A DNA stretch of 64,000 bases, taken from Halorarum halobium. Lineage in GTDB: Archaea; Halobacteriota; Halobacteria; Halobacteriales; Haloferacaceae. The notes beneath the pieces are model-generated. The model had not been told where the DNA came from and made no database searches. It worked only from the letters and a program-made list of their open reading frames with translations. Of this stretch, positions 9,114 through 18,550 are shown piece by piece; the first letter of the stretch is position 1; every line of letters starts with the position of its first letter. The position numbers and the translations under genes are program-made. The DNA lies in NCBI RefSeq assembly GCF_032116555.1, contig NZ_CP134951.1:62001-126000 (forward strand). Direction: 5' to 3'.

Positions 9114-10304
9114 ATGGCCTCCGCAGACGACGCCCGGTCCGGGGAAAGCGAGCCGCCGCTGCGTCGGCTCGTCGACGACTTCCTCGAATCGAAGGCGGAG
9201 CGCGGCTCCGGCGCGTACGCCGCGAGCGCCGCGTCGGTGCTCGATCGGTTCGCCGAGTGGCTCGCGGCGCGGGACCGGACGCTCGCGGATCTCGACGACG
9301 AGCGGCGGGGCCCACAGCTCATGCGCGGCTACGCCAAGCACCTCCGACGGCGGGCGAACGCGGCCGACGGCATCTCGGCCGCGACGGCGAACACCTACTA
9401 CGCCTACGTCTCGGGCTGTCTCGCGTACGGCGTCCGGGACATGACGCTCTCGGTGAACCCCGCCCGGAGCGAGACGGCCCGGGAGGAACTCCCCGCGGCC
9501 GAGGGGAAGCGCTCGGACCAGCAGTTCTGGAGCCGCGACCAGCGCGACGCGCTGGTCGAGCACGCGGCCCGCCGGGCGTCGACGGCGATCGAGGCCGAGC
9601 CGTTCGCGGCGCTGACCGAGGCCCGCGATCACGCGCTCGTCGCCACGCTCGCGTTCGCGGGCGTCCGGGGCGCGGAGGTGCTCTGCCACCGGAAGGACGA
9701 CCGGCGGGGTCGCCAGGGGCTCCGCTGGTCGCGGGTCGACCTCGACGACGGCACGGTCGAGGTGCTCGGCAAGTCCAAGACCGAGGGGAAGCGGTGGCAA
9801 CACGCCTCCCTCCCGGGGCCGGCCCGCGACGCGCTGGCGACGCTGAAGCGCGTCCAGCGCCCCCCGACGCCCGACTGGCCCGTGTTCGTGACGGATCACG
9901 CGCCCACGCTGTGGTCGTGCGCGCGCGAAGAACTCGGTGACGAGCGGGTCGATGACCTCGTGGCCGAGCACGGCGACGTCGGGGCCGTCCTCCGGGCCGA
10001 AGCGGTCGTCCCGCCGGCGCTCACCACCGACGGCGGGCGCTCGGTGCTGCGTCGACTCACCGACGCCGCGGGGATCGACCTCCCGGACGGGGCGTCGTAC
10101 CTCAAACCGCACGGCGCGCGCCGCGGCATCGGCGAGGAGCTGTACCGCGTCGACCGCGGGCTGGCACAGGACCTGCTCCGGCACGAGGAGCTCTCGACGA
10201 CGAAGGACCACTACCAGCACATCGACGCGGCAGAGCGCACGGCGGCGATCGACGCCGAACTGGAGCGGCTCGACGACGAACGTGGGGACGACGAGCCGCG
10301 GTGA
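9114..10304 (+). CDS. Tyrosine recombinase/integrase (XerC/D-like) with N-terminal core-binding domain
   Basis: Catalytic set R (GVRGAE), K (LGKS), HxxR (PHGARR), H (LRH), Y (HYQH); start at MASADD. Confidence 0.9.
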   Translation: MASADDARSGESEPPLRRLVDDFLESKAERGSGAYAASAASVLDRFAEWLAARDRTLADLDDERRGPQLMRGYAKHLRRRANAADGISAATANTYYAYVSGCLAYGVRDMTLSVNPARSETAREELPAAEGKRSDQQFWSRDQRDALVEHAARRASTAIEAEPFAALTEARDHALVATLAFAGVRGAEVLCHRKDDRRGRQGLRWSRVDLDDGTVEVLGKSKTEGKRWQHASLPGPARDALATLKRVQRPPTPDWPVFVTDHAPTLWSCAREELGDERVDDLVAEHGDVGAVLRAEAVVPPALTTDGGRSVLRRLTDAAGIDLPDGASYLKPHGARRGIGEELYRVDRGLAQDLLRHEELSTTKDHYQHIDAAERTAAIDAELERLDDERGDDEPR

Positions 10305-10812
10305 CGGCGACTCGACCCGGCGTCCGCTGGCTACTCGTCTCCGGTACGACTCATCTCAGAAAACAGGCCATTCGATAGAATGAGGATATAGTTGACACCT
10401 CTCCAGCGGCGGTACCGAACCGTCCGTCACGGAACGGCGTCGCCGACGTTCGCCGTGGTCCATCGTGGTAGTTCCCCGCAGTGTTCCTATCCCGACGTCC
10501 CTTCTCGGTGTCGACGGAGCCGACAGCACTCGTCGGTTCGACGTGCCGCCGTTCGTCGCCCGCCGAGCGGTTCGAAACATAATGAATCGTATCATCACTG
10601 GAAACTGTTATTTCTGACTCGGCATTCGGTACGAGAGTCCGTGTGATGGCGTCGGACGCGACCGGCGCGCGGCCACATCGCGCCGGGCTCCTCGGCGGGC
10701 GATCCAATCGACCCACATCGTGAGTCCGAAATTAACTCACAAAAGAGCGTTATATATACGGTAAATTTAACACAATGTATGTTTACTGCCTCTCATGGAC
10801 AGATTCGATACT

Positions 10813-12036
10813 ATGGGTTCCAGACGGAAGTACCTCAAAACGGCGGGAGCGGTGGGCGCGGCCGGTCTGAGCGGCCTCGCCGGCTGTACGGCGCTCGGCG
10901 GCTCCGGCGGGTCGGGCACCATCACCATCGCGGCGGCGGTTCCCGAGACCGGCCGCCTCTCGAGCGTCGGCAACGAGATGCTCGAGGGCTACCGGCTCGG
11001 GGTCGACCTGCTCAACGAGGACGGCGGCATCGACGGCAGCGAGGTCGAACTCATCGTCGAGGACGACGAGAGCGACGCCCGGCGGCTCCGCGAGGTGCTC
11101 CAGCAGATCACCAGCAACAACGACGTCGACGTGATCTGGGGGAGCTTCTCCAGCCCGCTGGTGATGGCCGGGAGCGCGTTCGCGGAGAACCAGGGACTCC
11201 CGTTCCTCGCGGTCGCGACCTGCTTCGAGGAACCGCTTGTGAGCGGCGAGAAGGAGTGGACGTACACGCCGTTCCCGAAGACGCGTGACGTGACCCGGGC
11301 GACCGGCGAGATCCTCGGGATGTTGCCCGAGGACGAGCGCCCCCAGCGGGTGGGCATCTGGGAGGAGAACTCCGGCTGGGGTGCCGAGATGGCCGACGCC
11401 TGGGAGTCGACGCTGTCCGGGGCTGGCTACGACGTCGCCATGCGCGAGACGTACAACACCGGGAACGGCGACTTCTCGACGCTCATCGCGCAGGCGGAGA
11501 GCGCGAACGTCGAGGCGCTGCTCGCGAACCCGCAGCCGCCGGACGGCATCACCGCGATGAAGCAGCTGAACTCCTCGGGCTACATGCCGTCGTTCATCGA
11601 GTTCGTCCGCGCGGCCGACCCCCAGGCGTGGTGGTCGGCGCTGGGCGAGGCGGGCGCGGGCGTCCTGATGAGCCCGGGCTGGGCCCCGGGGATGACCGAC
11701 AACGGCAACGAGGCGCTGTTGAGCGCCTACCAGGAGCGGTTCGCCGAGTCCGAGGACGAGATCCCGCGCGTGATGGTCGGCGTCGGCTACAACCTGGCCC
11801 AGACGACCGGACAGGCGCTCGGCGCCGCGGGCTCCTCCGAGCCGGACGCGGTCCGGAGCGCGCTCGACGAGGAGGAGTTCAACACGGTCATCGGCGAGTT
11901 CTCGTTCGACCAGTACGGGATGCCCGAGGAGGGACAGCTCGCCGCGGCGAGCGCACAGTGGCAGGGTGGCGAACAGCGCCTCGTCTTCCCGCAGACCGAC
12001 CAGGCGTCCGAGATGCGCTACCCCATCGAGCGGTAG
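10813..12036 (+). CDS. ABC substrate-binding lipoprotein, LivK/PBP1 family (aromatic-acid type), paralog 1
   Basis: SRRKYLK...LAGC Tat lipobox and PBP1 motifs; AT-rich TATA-like region at ~10750-10770. Confidence 0.85.
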   Translation: MGSRRKYLKTAGAVGAAGLSGLAGCTALGGSGGSGTITIAAAVPETGRLSSVGNEMLEGYRLGVDLLNEDGGIDGSEVELIVEDDESDARRLREVLQQITSNNDVDVIWGSFSSPLVMAGSAFAENQGLPFLAVATCFEEPLVSGEKEWTYTPFPKTRDVTRATGEILGMLPEDERPQRVGIWEENSGWGAEMADAWESTLSGAGYDVAMRETYNTGNGDFSTLIAQAESANVEALLANPQPPDGITAMKQLNSSGYMPSFIEFVRAADPQAWWSALGEAGAGVLMSPGWAPGMTDNGNEALLSAYQERFAESEDEIPRVMVGVGYNLAQTTGQALGAAGSSEPDAVRSALDEEEFNTVIGEFSFDQYGMPEEGQLAAASAQWQGGEQRLVFPQTDQASEMRYPIER

Positions 12037-12137
12037 TCGGCGCGGGCCGACGGGGGTTCGATTCTGCCGGCGGGTTCGATTCCGACCGGAGGAGGATTCT
12101 GACGGGGTGACGATTCGACGATCGGGGCCGACCCCGC

Positions 12138-12659
12138 TCAGTCCCGTTCGTTCGACGACAGGCTATCGAACAGTCGCGGGTCGGTCCCGAACTTGAGGAC
12201 GTTCGTCATCACCGAGTTGCGGAGGTTGCTGATCACCCGGCCGTGCTCCTTGTAGAACTCGTGGATCCACTGGGAGCCGGCCTCGCGGCTCGGGAACATC
12301 ATCACCGACGTCCACTGGTACTCGCCGTCCGAGAGGAAGTAGAACAGCGTGTGCTCGTCGTCGCGGATGTACTCCATCGCCTCGCGCCACTCGTCGGCGA
12401 AGTGCTCGGGGTTGAACTTGAACTCGAACTTCTCGAAGATGAAGTACTCCTCGTTCGGGATGATCGCCTCCCGGAACACGCCCTCCTCGCGCATGTTCCG
12501 GATCGACTTGCTCACGGTGACGTGGGAGATGTCCACGCCGTGGTCCTCCGCTAACACCTCGGTGATCTCGCGGGCCGAGCGCTGCGGGTCGGTCGCCAGC
12601 TCGCGGAGGATCAGCACGTCACGCCGCTTGAACTCCCAGTCGGGTTCCGAGTCGGACAT
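12138..12659 (-). CDS. Winged-helix (Lrp/AsnC-like) transcriptional regulator
   Basis: RDVLILRELATDPQRS...ISHVTVSKSIRNMREEGV HTH pattern. Confidence 0.75.
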   Translation of the reverse strand: MSDSEPDWEFKRRDVLILRELATDPQRSAREITEVLAEDHGVDISHVTVSKSIRNMREEGVFREAIIPNEEYFIFEKFEFKFNPEHFADEWREAMEYIRDDEHTLFYFLSDGEYQWTSVMMFPSREAGSQWIHEFYKEHGRVISNLRNSVMTNVLKFGTDPRLFDSLSSNERD

Positions 12660-12794
12660 GGTGGTACTGGCCGACACGACGGTGAGTCCCGAGAGTGTTT
12701 CGATGGTTCGAGCGAGCGGTTCGAGGGGGCCGTCCGCGGACTGCGGCGACGGCCGAGAACCTCCCGGGCGACCGAAGGGACCACCGACGATCCG

Positions 12795-14741
12795 CTACTC
12801 GCCCTCGAACTCGGGCTCGCGGTCGTCGCGGAACGCGGTCACGCCCTCCAGCATGTCGTCGGTGCTCACGAGCAGGCCGAACCCCTGGCTCTCCAGGTTC
12901 AGCGCCGTCTCCAGGCTCGCGTCCTGCCCGTCGTTGATGACCTTCTTCGCCACCTTCAGCGCGACCGGCGGGCCGGAGACGAGGTCCTCGACGTAGTCGT
13001 CGACGACGTCGTCGAACTCCCCGGCGGGGACGGCGCGGTTGATGACGCCCCAGTCGGCGGCCGTCTCGGCGTCGACGTGGTTCCCCCGGAACACCAGCTC
13101 CTTCGTCCGCACCTCGCCGACGAGGCGGACGAGCCGCTGGGTCGCGCCCCCGCCCGGGATGACGCCGAGGTCAATCTCGGGCGTCCCGAACGCGGCGTCC
13201 TCGGTGGCGACCCGCATGTCGCAGGCGAGCGCGAGTTCGAACCCCGCGCCGAGACAGTAGCCGTCGATCTTGGCGAGCGTCGGCCGCTCGAACTCGTACA
13301 CCGTCCGGAACACGTCGTCGACGTCCATCATGTCCCGCGGCTCCGCGGTCGGGAACGCGGTCAGGTCGGCCCCGGCGCTGAACGTCCCCCCGCTGCCCTC
13401 GAACACCACGCAGGAGACCTCCTCGGTGTCGACCTCCCCGAGCAGGCGGTCGACCTCCGCCAGCATGTCGTCGTTGAACGCGTTGAGCCGCTCCTCGCGC
13501 TCGAACGTCACGCGCAGGACGCCGTCGTCGTCGAGTTCGTGCGCGAGGTAGTGGTACGGCCCGCCGTGGCTGTAGTCGTAGAACCCCTCGCCGGCGGCCT
13601 CGCCCGTGTGGCCCGCCTCGACGCGCTCGCGCAGGTAGTCGGCCGGCTCGTACCGCGCCTCGCCCGTCTCCTCGTACAGCGACGCCAGCTTCTCGTGGAT
13701 CGCGTCGAGCCCGCGCTTGTCGGCCATCCGGCAGACCCCCTCGGCGAACCCGCCGCCGAGGCGCATCCCGACGTCGATCTCCTCGGGCGGGGCCACGCCG
13801 GCCCCGACGAGCTTCGCGGCCTCGTTGACCATCCGGGCCTCGATCCGGAGCGTGTCGAACCCCTCGCCCTGGCCGTGCTCGTAGTCCACGCCCTCGCCGT
13901 CCTCGTGATCGTAGTAGCCCCGCCCCGACTTCTTCCCCAGGTGACCGCTCTCGACCTTCTCCTTCCACACCGGCGGGATCGGCCGGCCGGCCTCCTTGCG
14001 GGCGTGATAGCCGATGTCGATGCCGGTGAAGTCGGCCAGTTCGAACGGCCCCATCGGGTAGCCGCGCCGGAACACCATCGCGGCGTCGGCCTCGCGCACC
14101 TCGGTCTCGTCGGCCGAGAGCATCCAGGCGGCCTCGGCCATGAACGGGACCAGCACGTTGTTGACGACGAAGCCGTTCACGTCCTTGCGGACGAAGATCG
14201 GCGTCTTGTCGATCGACTCGGCCCACGCGGCCGCGGTCTCGGCCGTCCCGTCCGCGGTGTGGTCGCCGTACACGACCTCGACCAGGTCCATCTTCACCGG
14301 CGGGTTGAAAAAGTGCGTCCCGACGACCCGCCCGGGCCGGTCGGTCGCCTCCGAGATCTCCGTGATCGAGAGGCTCGAGGTGTTGGTCGCCAGGATCGCG
14401 TCCGCCGGGGCCAGCTCGTCCAGGTCGGCGAATATCTCCCGCTTGAGGGCCATCTTCTCGGGCGCGGCCTCGACGACGAGGTCGGCGTCGTGGACGGCCG
14501 CCTCCAGCTCGGTCGCCGTGTCGATCCGGTCGAGCACCGAACGGGCCGACTCGTCGATCTGCCCCTTCTCCTCGAGCTTCTCGAGGCTCCACTCGATGCT
14601 CTCGTAGCCGTCGCGGACCAGGTCCGCCTCGACGTCGCGGAGCGTCACGTCGTACCCGCCCAGCGCCGCCACCTCGGCGATGCCGTGGCCCATGCTCCCC
14701 GCGCCGAGGACGGCGACCCTTTCGATCGTATCCACAACCAT
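12795..14741 (-). CDS. 3-hydroxyacyl-CoA dehydrogenase / enoyl-CoA hydratase fusion
   Basis: VLGAGSMGHGIA, NTSSLS, HFFNPP, YPMGPFEL; C-terminal crotonase motifs FSAGADL, GAGFELALACD, PEIDLGVIPGGG. Confidence 0.95.
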   Translation of the reverse strand: MVVDTIERVAVLGAGSMGHGIAEVAALGGYDVTLRDVEADLVRDGYESIEWSLEKLEEKGQIDESARSVLDRIDTATELEAAVHDADLVVEAAPEKMALKREIFADLDELAPADAILATNTSSLSITEISEATDRPGRVVGTHFFNPPVKMDLVEVVYGDHTADGTAETAAAWAESIDKTPIFVRKDVNGFVVNNVLVPFMAEAAWMLSADETEVREADAAMVFRRGYPMGPFELADFTGIDIGYHARKEAGRPIPPVWKEKVESGHLGKKSGRGYYDHEDGEGVDYEHGQGEGFDTLRIEARMVNEAAKLVGAGVAPPEEIDVGMRLGGGFAEGVCRMADKRGLDAIHEKLASLYEETGEARYEPADYLRERVEAGHTGEAAGEGFYDYSHGGPYHYLAHELDDDGVLRVTFEREERLNAFNDDMLAEVDRLLGEVDTEEVSCVVFEGSGGTFSAGADLTAFPTAEPRDMMDVDDVFRTVYEFERPTLAKIDGYCLGAGFELALACDMRVATEDAAFGTPEIDLGVIPGGGATQRLVRLVGEVRTKELVFRGNHVDAETAADWGVINRAVPAGEFDDVVDDYVEDLVSGPPVALKVAKKVINDGQDASLETALNLESQGFGLLVSTDDMLEGVTAFRDDREPEFEGE

Positions 14742-15063
14742 CTTGTGAAATACGTATCGTACATCTCGTGCTTGAATCTGGCGGTTGTTGTAACGTGAAG
14801 CGGGTTCCGGAGTTTCCAGCGTGTGTTCCGACACGCTCCCCGTCGCCGGGCGGCGGAAGGCGAGGACGACGGCCCGGCGAACGCGACCCTCCGGGGCCGC
14901 CCCGTCGCCGAGGAACCGGCTCGATTCGACGGGGCCGAAATTTCCACACGATATGGAATCGCCAAAATCGGTCCAAAATGTTAATTAGCGCCCCGACACA
15001 CAGTCGGGCAATGGGAGACGTGACCACGGGACGAGACGTCGGCCGGCCGGCGGGGGCCGGACG

Positions 15064-16254
15064 ATGACGCGGTCGGTCGGCATCGTCGGCGGCGGGCACA
15101 CGCGGTGGGGCCGCCGCGAGGCGACGTGGAAGGATCTGGCGGCGGAGGCCGGCAAGGCGACGTTCGACGCGGTGCCGGACGTCGGCCCCGAGGACGTGGA
15201 GGGGCTGTTCGTCGGCGCGGTCCAGCCCGAGCGGTTCGCGTTCCAGACGCACGTCGCGCCGCTGGTCGCCGAACTGCTCGGCATCAACGTCGACGCGATG
15301 ATGGCCCGCACCGAACTCGCCTGCGCGAGCGGCCAGGCGGCGCTCCGCTACGCGTGGCTCGCCATCGCGGCCGGACAGCTCGACACGGCGCTGGTGCTCG
15401 GCGTCGAGAAGATGAACCTCCCCGAGTCCGCGGGCGAGGAGATGCAGGCGAGCATGACGAACGTGCTCGACCGGGAGTTCGACGGCGTCAACGGGCTGAA
15501 CGCGCCGCCGTACTTCGCGATGATCGCCCAGCGACACATGCACGAGTACGACACCACGCGCGAGCAGGTCGCGCAGGTGAGCGCGAAGAACAAGAGCCAC
15601 GCCGCCCACACCGAGTACGCCCAGTTCCGCGACGAGGTGACCGTCGACGACGTGCTGGAGTCGTACCCGCTCTCGCCGCCGCTGTGTCTGTACGACTGTA
15701 GCGGCGTCACGGACGGCGCGGCCGGGCTGCTCCTCATGAGCGAGGAGAAGGCCCGCGAGGTCACCGACGAGGCGACCTGGATCACGGGCAGCGGGCAGGC
15801 CTGCATGGCGAGCAACTCCATCAACAACCTCCCGTCGCTGTCGGCGTGGCCGCAGGCGACCGTCGCCGCCGAGGGAGCCTACGAGGACGCGGGCATCGAC
15901 GACCCGCTCCGCGAGATCGACGTCGCGGAGATCCACGACTGCTTCTCGATCAGCGAGATCGTCGAGTACGAGGACCTCGGCTGGGTCGAGAAGGGCGAGG
16001 GCGGCCAGTTCGTCGAGGACGGCCGGAGCGAACTCGACGGCGACATCGGCGTCAACCCGCGCGGCGGCCTGCTCGGCTGCGGGCACCCGCTCGGCGCGAC
16101 GGGGATCTCGCAGGCGCTGGAGATCCACGACCAGTTCCGCGGCGACGTGCCCGACGAGCGGCGCGTCCCCGACCCGGAGACGGGGCTGATCCACAACCTC
16201 AGCGGGAGCGGCTCGGTTCACAGCGTCATGGTCATGGAGCGTGAGCGCCCATGA
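15064..16254 (+). CDS. Thiolase, SCP2-thiolase-like family
   Basis: ELACASG catalytic Cys, EIHDCFS, GHPLGATG. Confidence 0.9.
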   Translation: MTRSVGIVGGGHTRWGRREATWKDLAAEAGKATFDAVPDVGPEDVEGLFVGAVQPERFAFQTHVAPLVAELLGINVDAMMARTELACASGQAALRYAWLAIAAGQLDTALVLGVEKMNLPESAGEEMQASMTNVLDREFDGVNGLNAPPYFAMIAQRHMHEYDTTREQVAQVSAKNKSHAAHTEYAQFRDEVTVDDVLESYPLSPPLCLYDCSGVTDGAAGLLLMSEEKAREVTDEATWITGSGQACMASNSINNLPSLSAWPQATVAAEGAYEDAGIDDPLREIDVAEIHDCFSISEIVEYEDLGWVEKGEGGQFVEDGRSELDGDIGVNPRGGLLGCGHPLGATGISQALEIHDQFRGDVPDERRVPDPETGLIHNLSGSGSVHSVMVMERERP

Positions 16255-16883
16255 GCGACGACGCGACGCCGAGAACGGACGGCACCGAGGGGGAGGCGGC
16301 GACGGGCCGCCACGCACACGGGACGGACGGCGGCCGGGAGGGGCTGCTGCCCGACGGTGGCCGTCGGACCGTCGAGCTCCCGGACACCATCGAACTGCCG
16401 CGCCTGCTCGACTTCTACGAGCTCCAGACCGCTGAACACACCAGGATTCACGAGTTCTACGACCGGCTGCGCGAGGGCGTCCTCTCGACGACTCGCTGTG
16501 CCGACTGCGACGCGCTCCACTACCCGCCGCGGGTGGTCTGTCCCGAGTGTACGGGCGAGGACCTCGAGTACGTCGAGCTCCCCGACACGGGAACGCTGTA
16601 CGCGTTCAGCGCGCTCCGCGGCGGCGCGCCGATGGGGATGGCCGACGAGGCGCCGTTCACGGTCGGCGTCGTCGACCTCGACGGCGTGGACGTGCGGCTG
16701 TCGGCCCGCATCGACGGCGCCACGGTCGAGGACCTCGACATCGGCGACCCGGTCGAGTTGGCGGTCGTCGACGTCGACGGCCCGGCGGACCACGAGCGCG
16801 TGTTCTACCGGTTCGAGCCGGCCGGCGCGACGGGCGGCGAACCGACCCACGGCGACCGGCCGGCCGAGCACGCGGAGGAGTGA
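16251..16883 (+). CDS. DUF35 zinc-ribbon/OB-fold thiolase partner
   Basis: CADC...YPPRVVCPEC, GTLYAFS; ATGA-coupled to the thiolase. Confidence 0.9.
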   Translation: MSDDATPRTDGTEGEAATGRHAHGTDGGREGLLPDGGRRTVELPDTIELPRLLDFYELQTAEHTRIHEFYDRLREGVLSTTRCADCDALHYPPRVVCPECTGEDLEYVELPDTGTLYAFSALRGGAPMGMADEAPFTVGVVDLDGVDVRLSARIDGATVEDLDIGDPVELAVVDVDGPADHERVFYRFEPAGATGGEPTHGDRPAEHAEE

Positions 16884-16885
16884 CC

Positions 16886-18511
16886 ATGCACGAGTACGAC
16901 CTCACCATCACGACGTTCCTCGAACGCGCGACCGAGCTGTACGGCCACAAGGAGATCGTCACGAAGCTCCCCGACGGGGGCCTGCACCGCTACACGTACG
17001 CGGACGCCGCCGATCGCATCGCGCAACTCGCACACGCGCTCGACGAGTTCGGGCTCGACCGCGGCGACCGCGTGGCGGCGATGGCGGCGAACCACTTCCG
17101 CCACTACGAACTGTACTTCGGTCCGGCCTGTAGCGGCCGCAGCGTCCACACGGTGAACCACCGGCTGCCCGACGAGCACCTGGTCCACATCATCAACGAG
17201 GCGGAAGACAGGCTGGCCTTCGTCGACCCCGAGTTCCTGGAGACGGTCGAGGGCGTCGCCGACGACCTGGAGACCGTCGAGCGGTACGTCGTCCTCGCCG
17301 ACGAGGTGCCCGACACCTCTCTCGGCCCGGTCGTCGACTACGAGTCGTTCATCGACGGCTACGCGACCGAGTACGACTGGCCCGACCTCGACGAGGACAC
17401 CGAGTGCGGGCTCTGCTACACCTCGGGGACGACGGGGCTCCCGAAGGGCGTCCAGTACTACCACCGGAAGGTGTACCTCCACACGATGGCCCACGGCCAC
17501 GTCGACGTGTTCGGCGTCGGCGAGCGCGACACGGTGATGCCGGTCGTGCCGATGTTCCACGTCAACGGGTGGGGGTTCCCGTACACGGCGACGTTCTTCG
17601 GCTCCGGGCTCGTCCTGCCGGGCGGCCACACGGACGTCGAGTCGGTCGCCGGCCTGATCGACGACGAGGACGTGACCGTCGCTGCGGCGGTGCCGACCGT
17701 CTGGATCGACATGGAGTCGCACCTCGGCGACGACGAGGCGGGCGTCCTCGACAGCCTCGACCGCGTGCTCACCGGGGGGAGTTCCCCGCCGGAGTCGCTC
17801 ATGCGCCACTACGACGAGGTGTACGAGGCTCCGATCCACCAGGGGTACGGCATGACCGAGGCGTCCCCGCATCTGGTCAACACGTTCGTGACGACCGAGG
17901 CCGAGACGCTCCCCGAGGAGACCCGCTACCGGCTCCGGATGAAGGCGGGCATCCCCGCCCCCGGCGTGCAGATCCGCCTCCGCGACTCCGAGGGCGAGCC
18001 GGTCCCCCACGACGGCGAGACGCGCGGGGAGATCCACGCCCGCGCGCCGTGGCTCATCGACGAGTACTACGAGCGCCCCGAGGCGAACGAGGAGTCGTTC
18101 TCCGAGGACGGGTGGTTCGAGACGGGCGACATCGGCACCATCGACGAGCACGGCTACCTCGACGTGGTCGACCGCCTCGACGACGTCATCAAGTCCGGCG
18201 GGGAGTGGATCCCCTCGATCCAGCTGGAGAACGAACTCATGGGCCACGACGGCGTCGAGGAGGCGGTCGTCATCGGGGCCGACCACGAGAAGTGGCAGGA
18301 GCGCCCGGTGGCGTACGTCGTCCGCGCGGACGGGTCGGCCGACGAGGCCGCCCTCCGCGAGCACCTGCTCGACCGCTACCCGAAGTGGTGGCTCCCGGAC
18401 CTGTTCGTGTTCGTCGAGGACGTGCCGCGAACCACGACCGGGAAGTTCGACAAGAAGCTGCTGCGCGACTCGTTCGACGAGGAGTTCGGCACCCTCCCGA
18501 CCGAGGAGTGA
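16886..18511 (+). CDS. AMP-forming acyl-CoA ligase (medium/long-chain or aryl-alkanoate)
   Basis: YTSGTTGLPKG, GYGMTE, WFETGD, IKSGGEWI, TGKFDK. Confidence 0.93.
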   Translation: MHEYDLTITTFLERATELYGHKEIVTKLPDGGLHRYTYADAADRIAQLAHALDEFGLDRGDRVAAMAANHFRHYELYFGPACSGRSVHTVNHRLPDEHLVHIINEAEDRLAFVDPEFLETVEGVADDLETVERYVVLADEVPDTSLGPVVDYESFIDGYATEYDWPDLDEDTECGLCYTSGTTGLPKGVQYYHRKVYLHTMAHGHVDVFGVGERDTVMPVVPMFHVNGWGFPYTATFFGSGLVLPGGHTDVESVAGLIDDEDVTVAAAVPTVWIDMESHLGDDEAGVLDSLDRVLTGGSSPPESLMRHYDEVYEAPIHQGYGMTEASPHLVNTFVTTEAETLPEETRYRLRMKAGIPAPGVQIRLRDSEGEPVPHDGETRGEIHARAPWLIDEYYERPEANEESFSEDGWFETGDIGTIDEHGYLDVVDRLDDVIKSGGEWIPSIQLENELMGHDGVEEAVVIGADHEKWQERPVAYVVRADGSADEAALREHLLDRYPKWWLPDLFVFVEDVPRTTTGKFDKKLLRDSFDEEFGTLPTEE

Positions 18512-18550
18512 GTCTGGGGCGGCCCGGGTCGGCCCCGGCCGCCTGCCCGC

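Noticed and set aside
10590..10610. TTCCAGTG on the minus strand resembling an archaeal ORB element
   Set aside because: Partial single match, no G-string and no cdc6/orc gene in the window
12050..12095. Two GGTTCGATTC motifs resembling tRNA T-loops near an integrase (possible att remnant)
   Set aside because: No 5-bp T-stem, acceptor stem or cloverleaf can be formed. More likely a short duplication between convergent genes.
14942..14958. TTCCA-N7-TGGAA dyad in the divergent beta-oxidation promoter
   Set aside because: Single copy that does not match the GTTCG-N7-CGAAC motif; too weak to call
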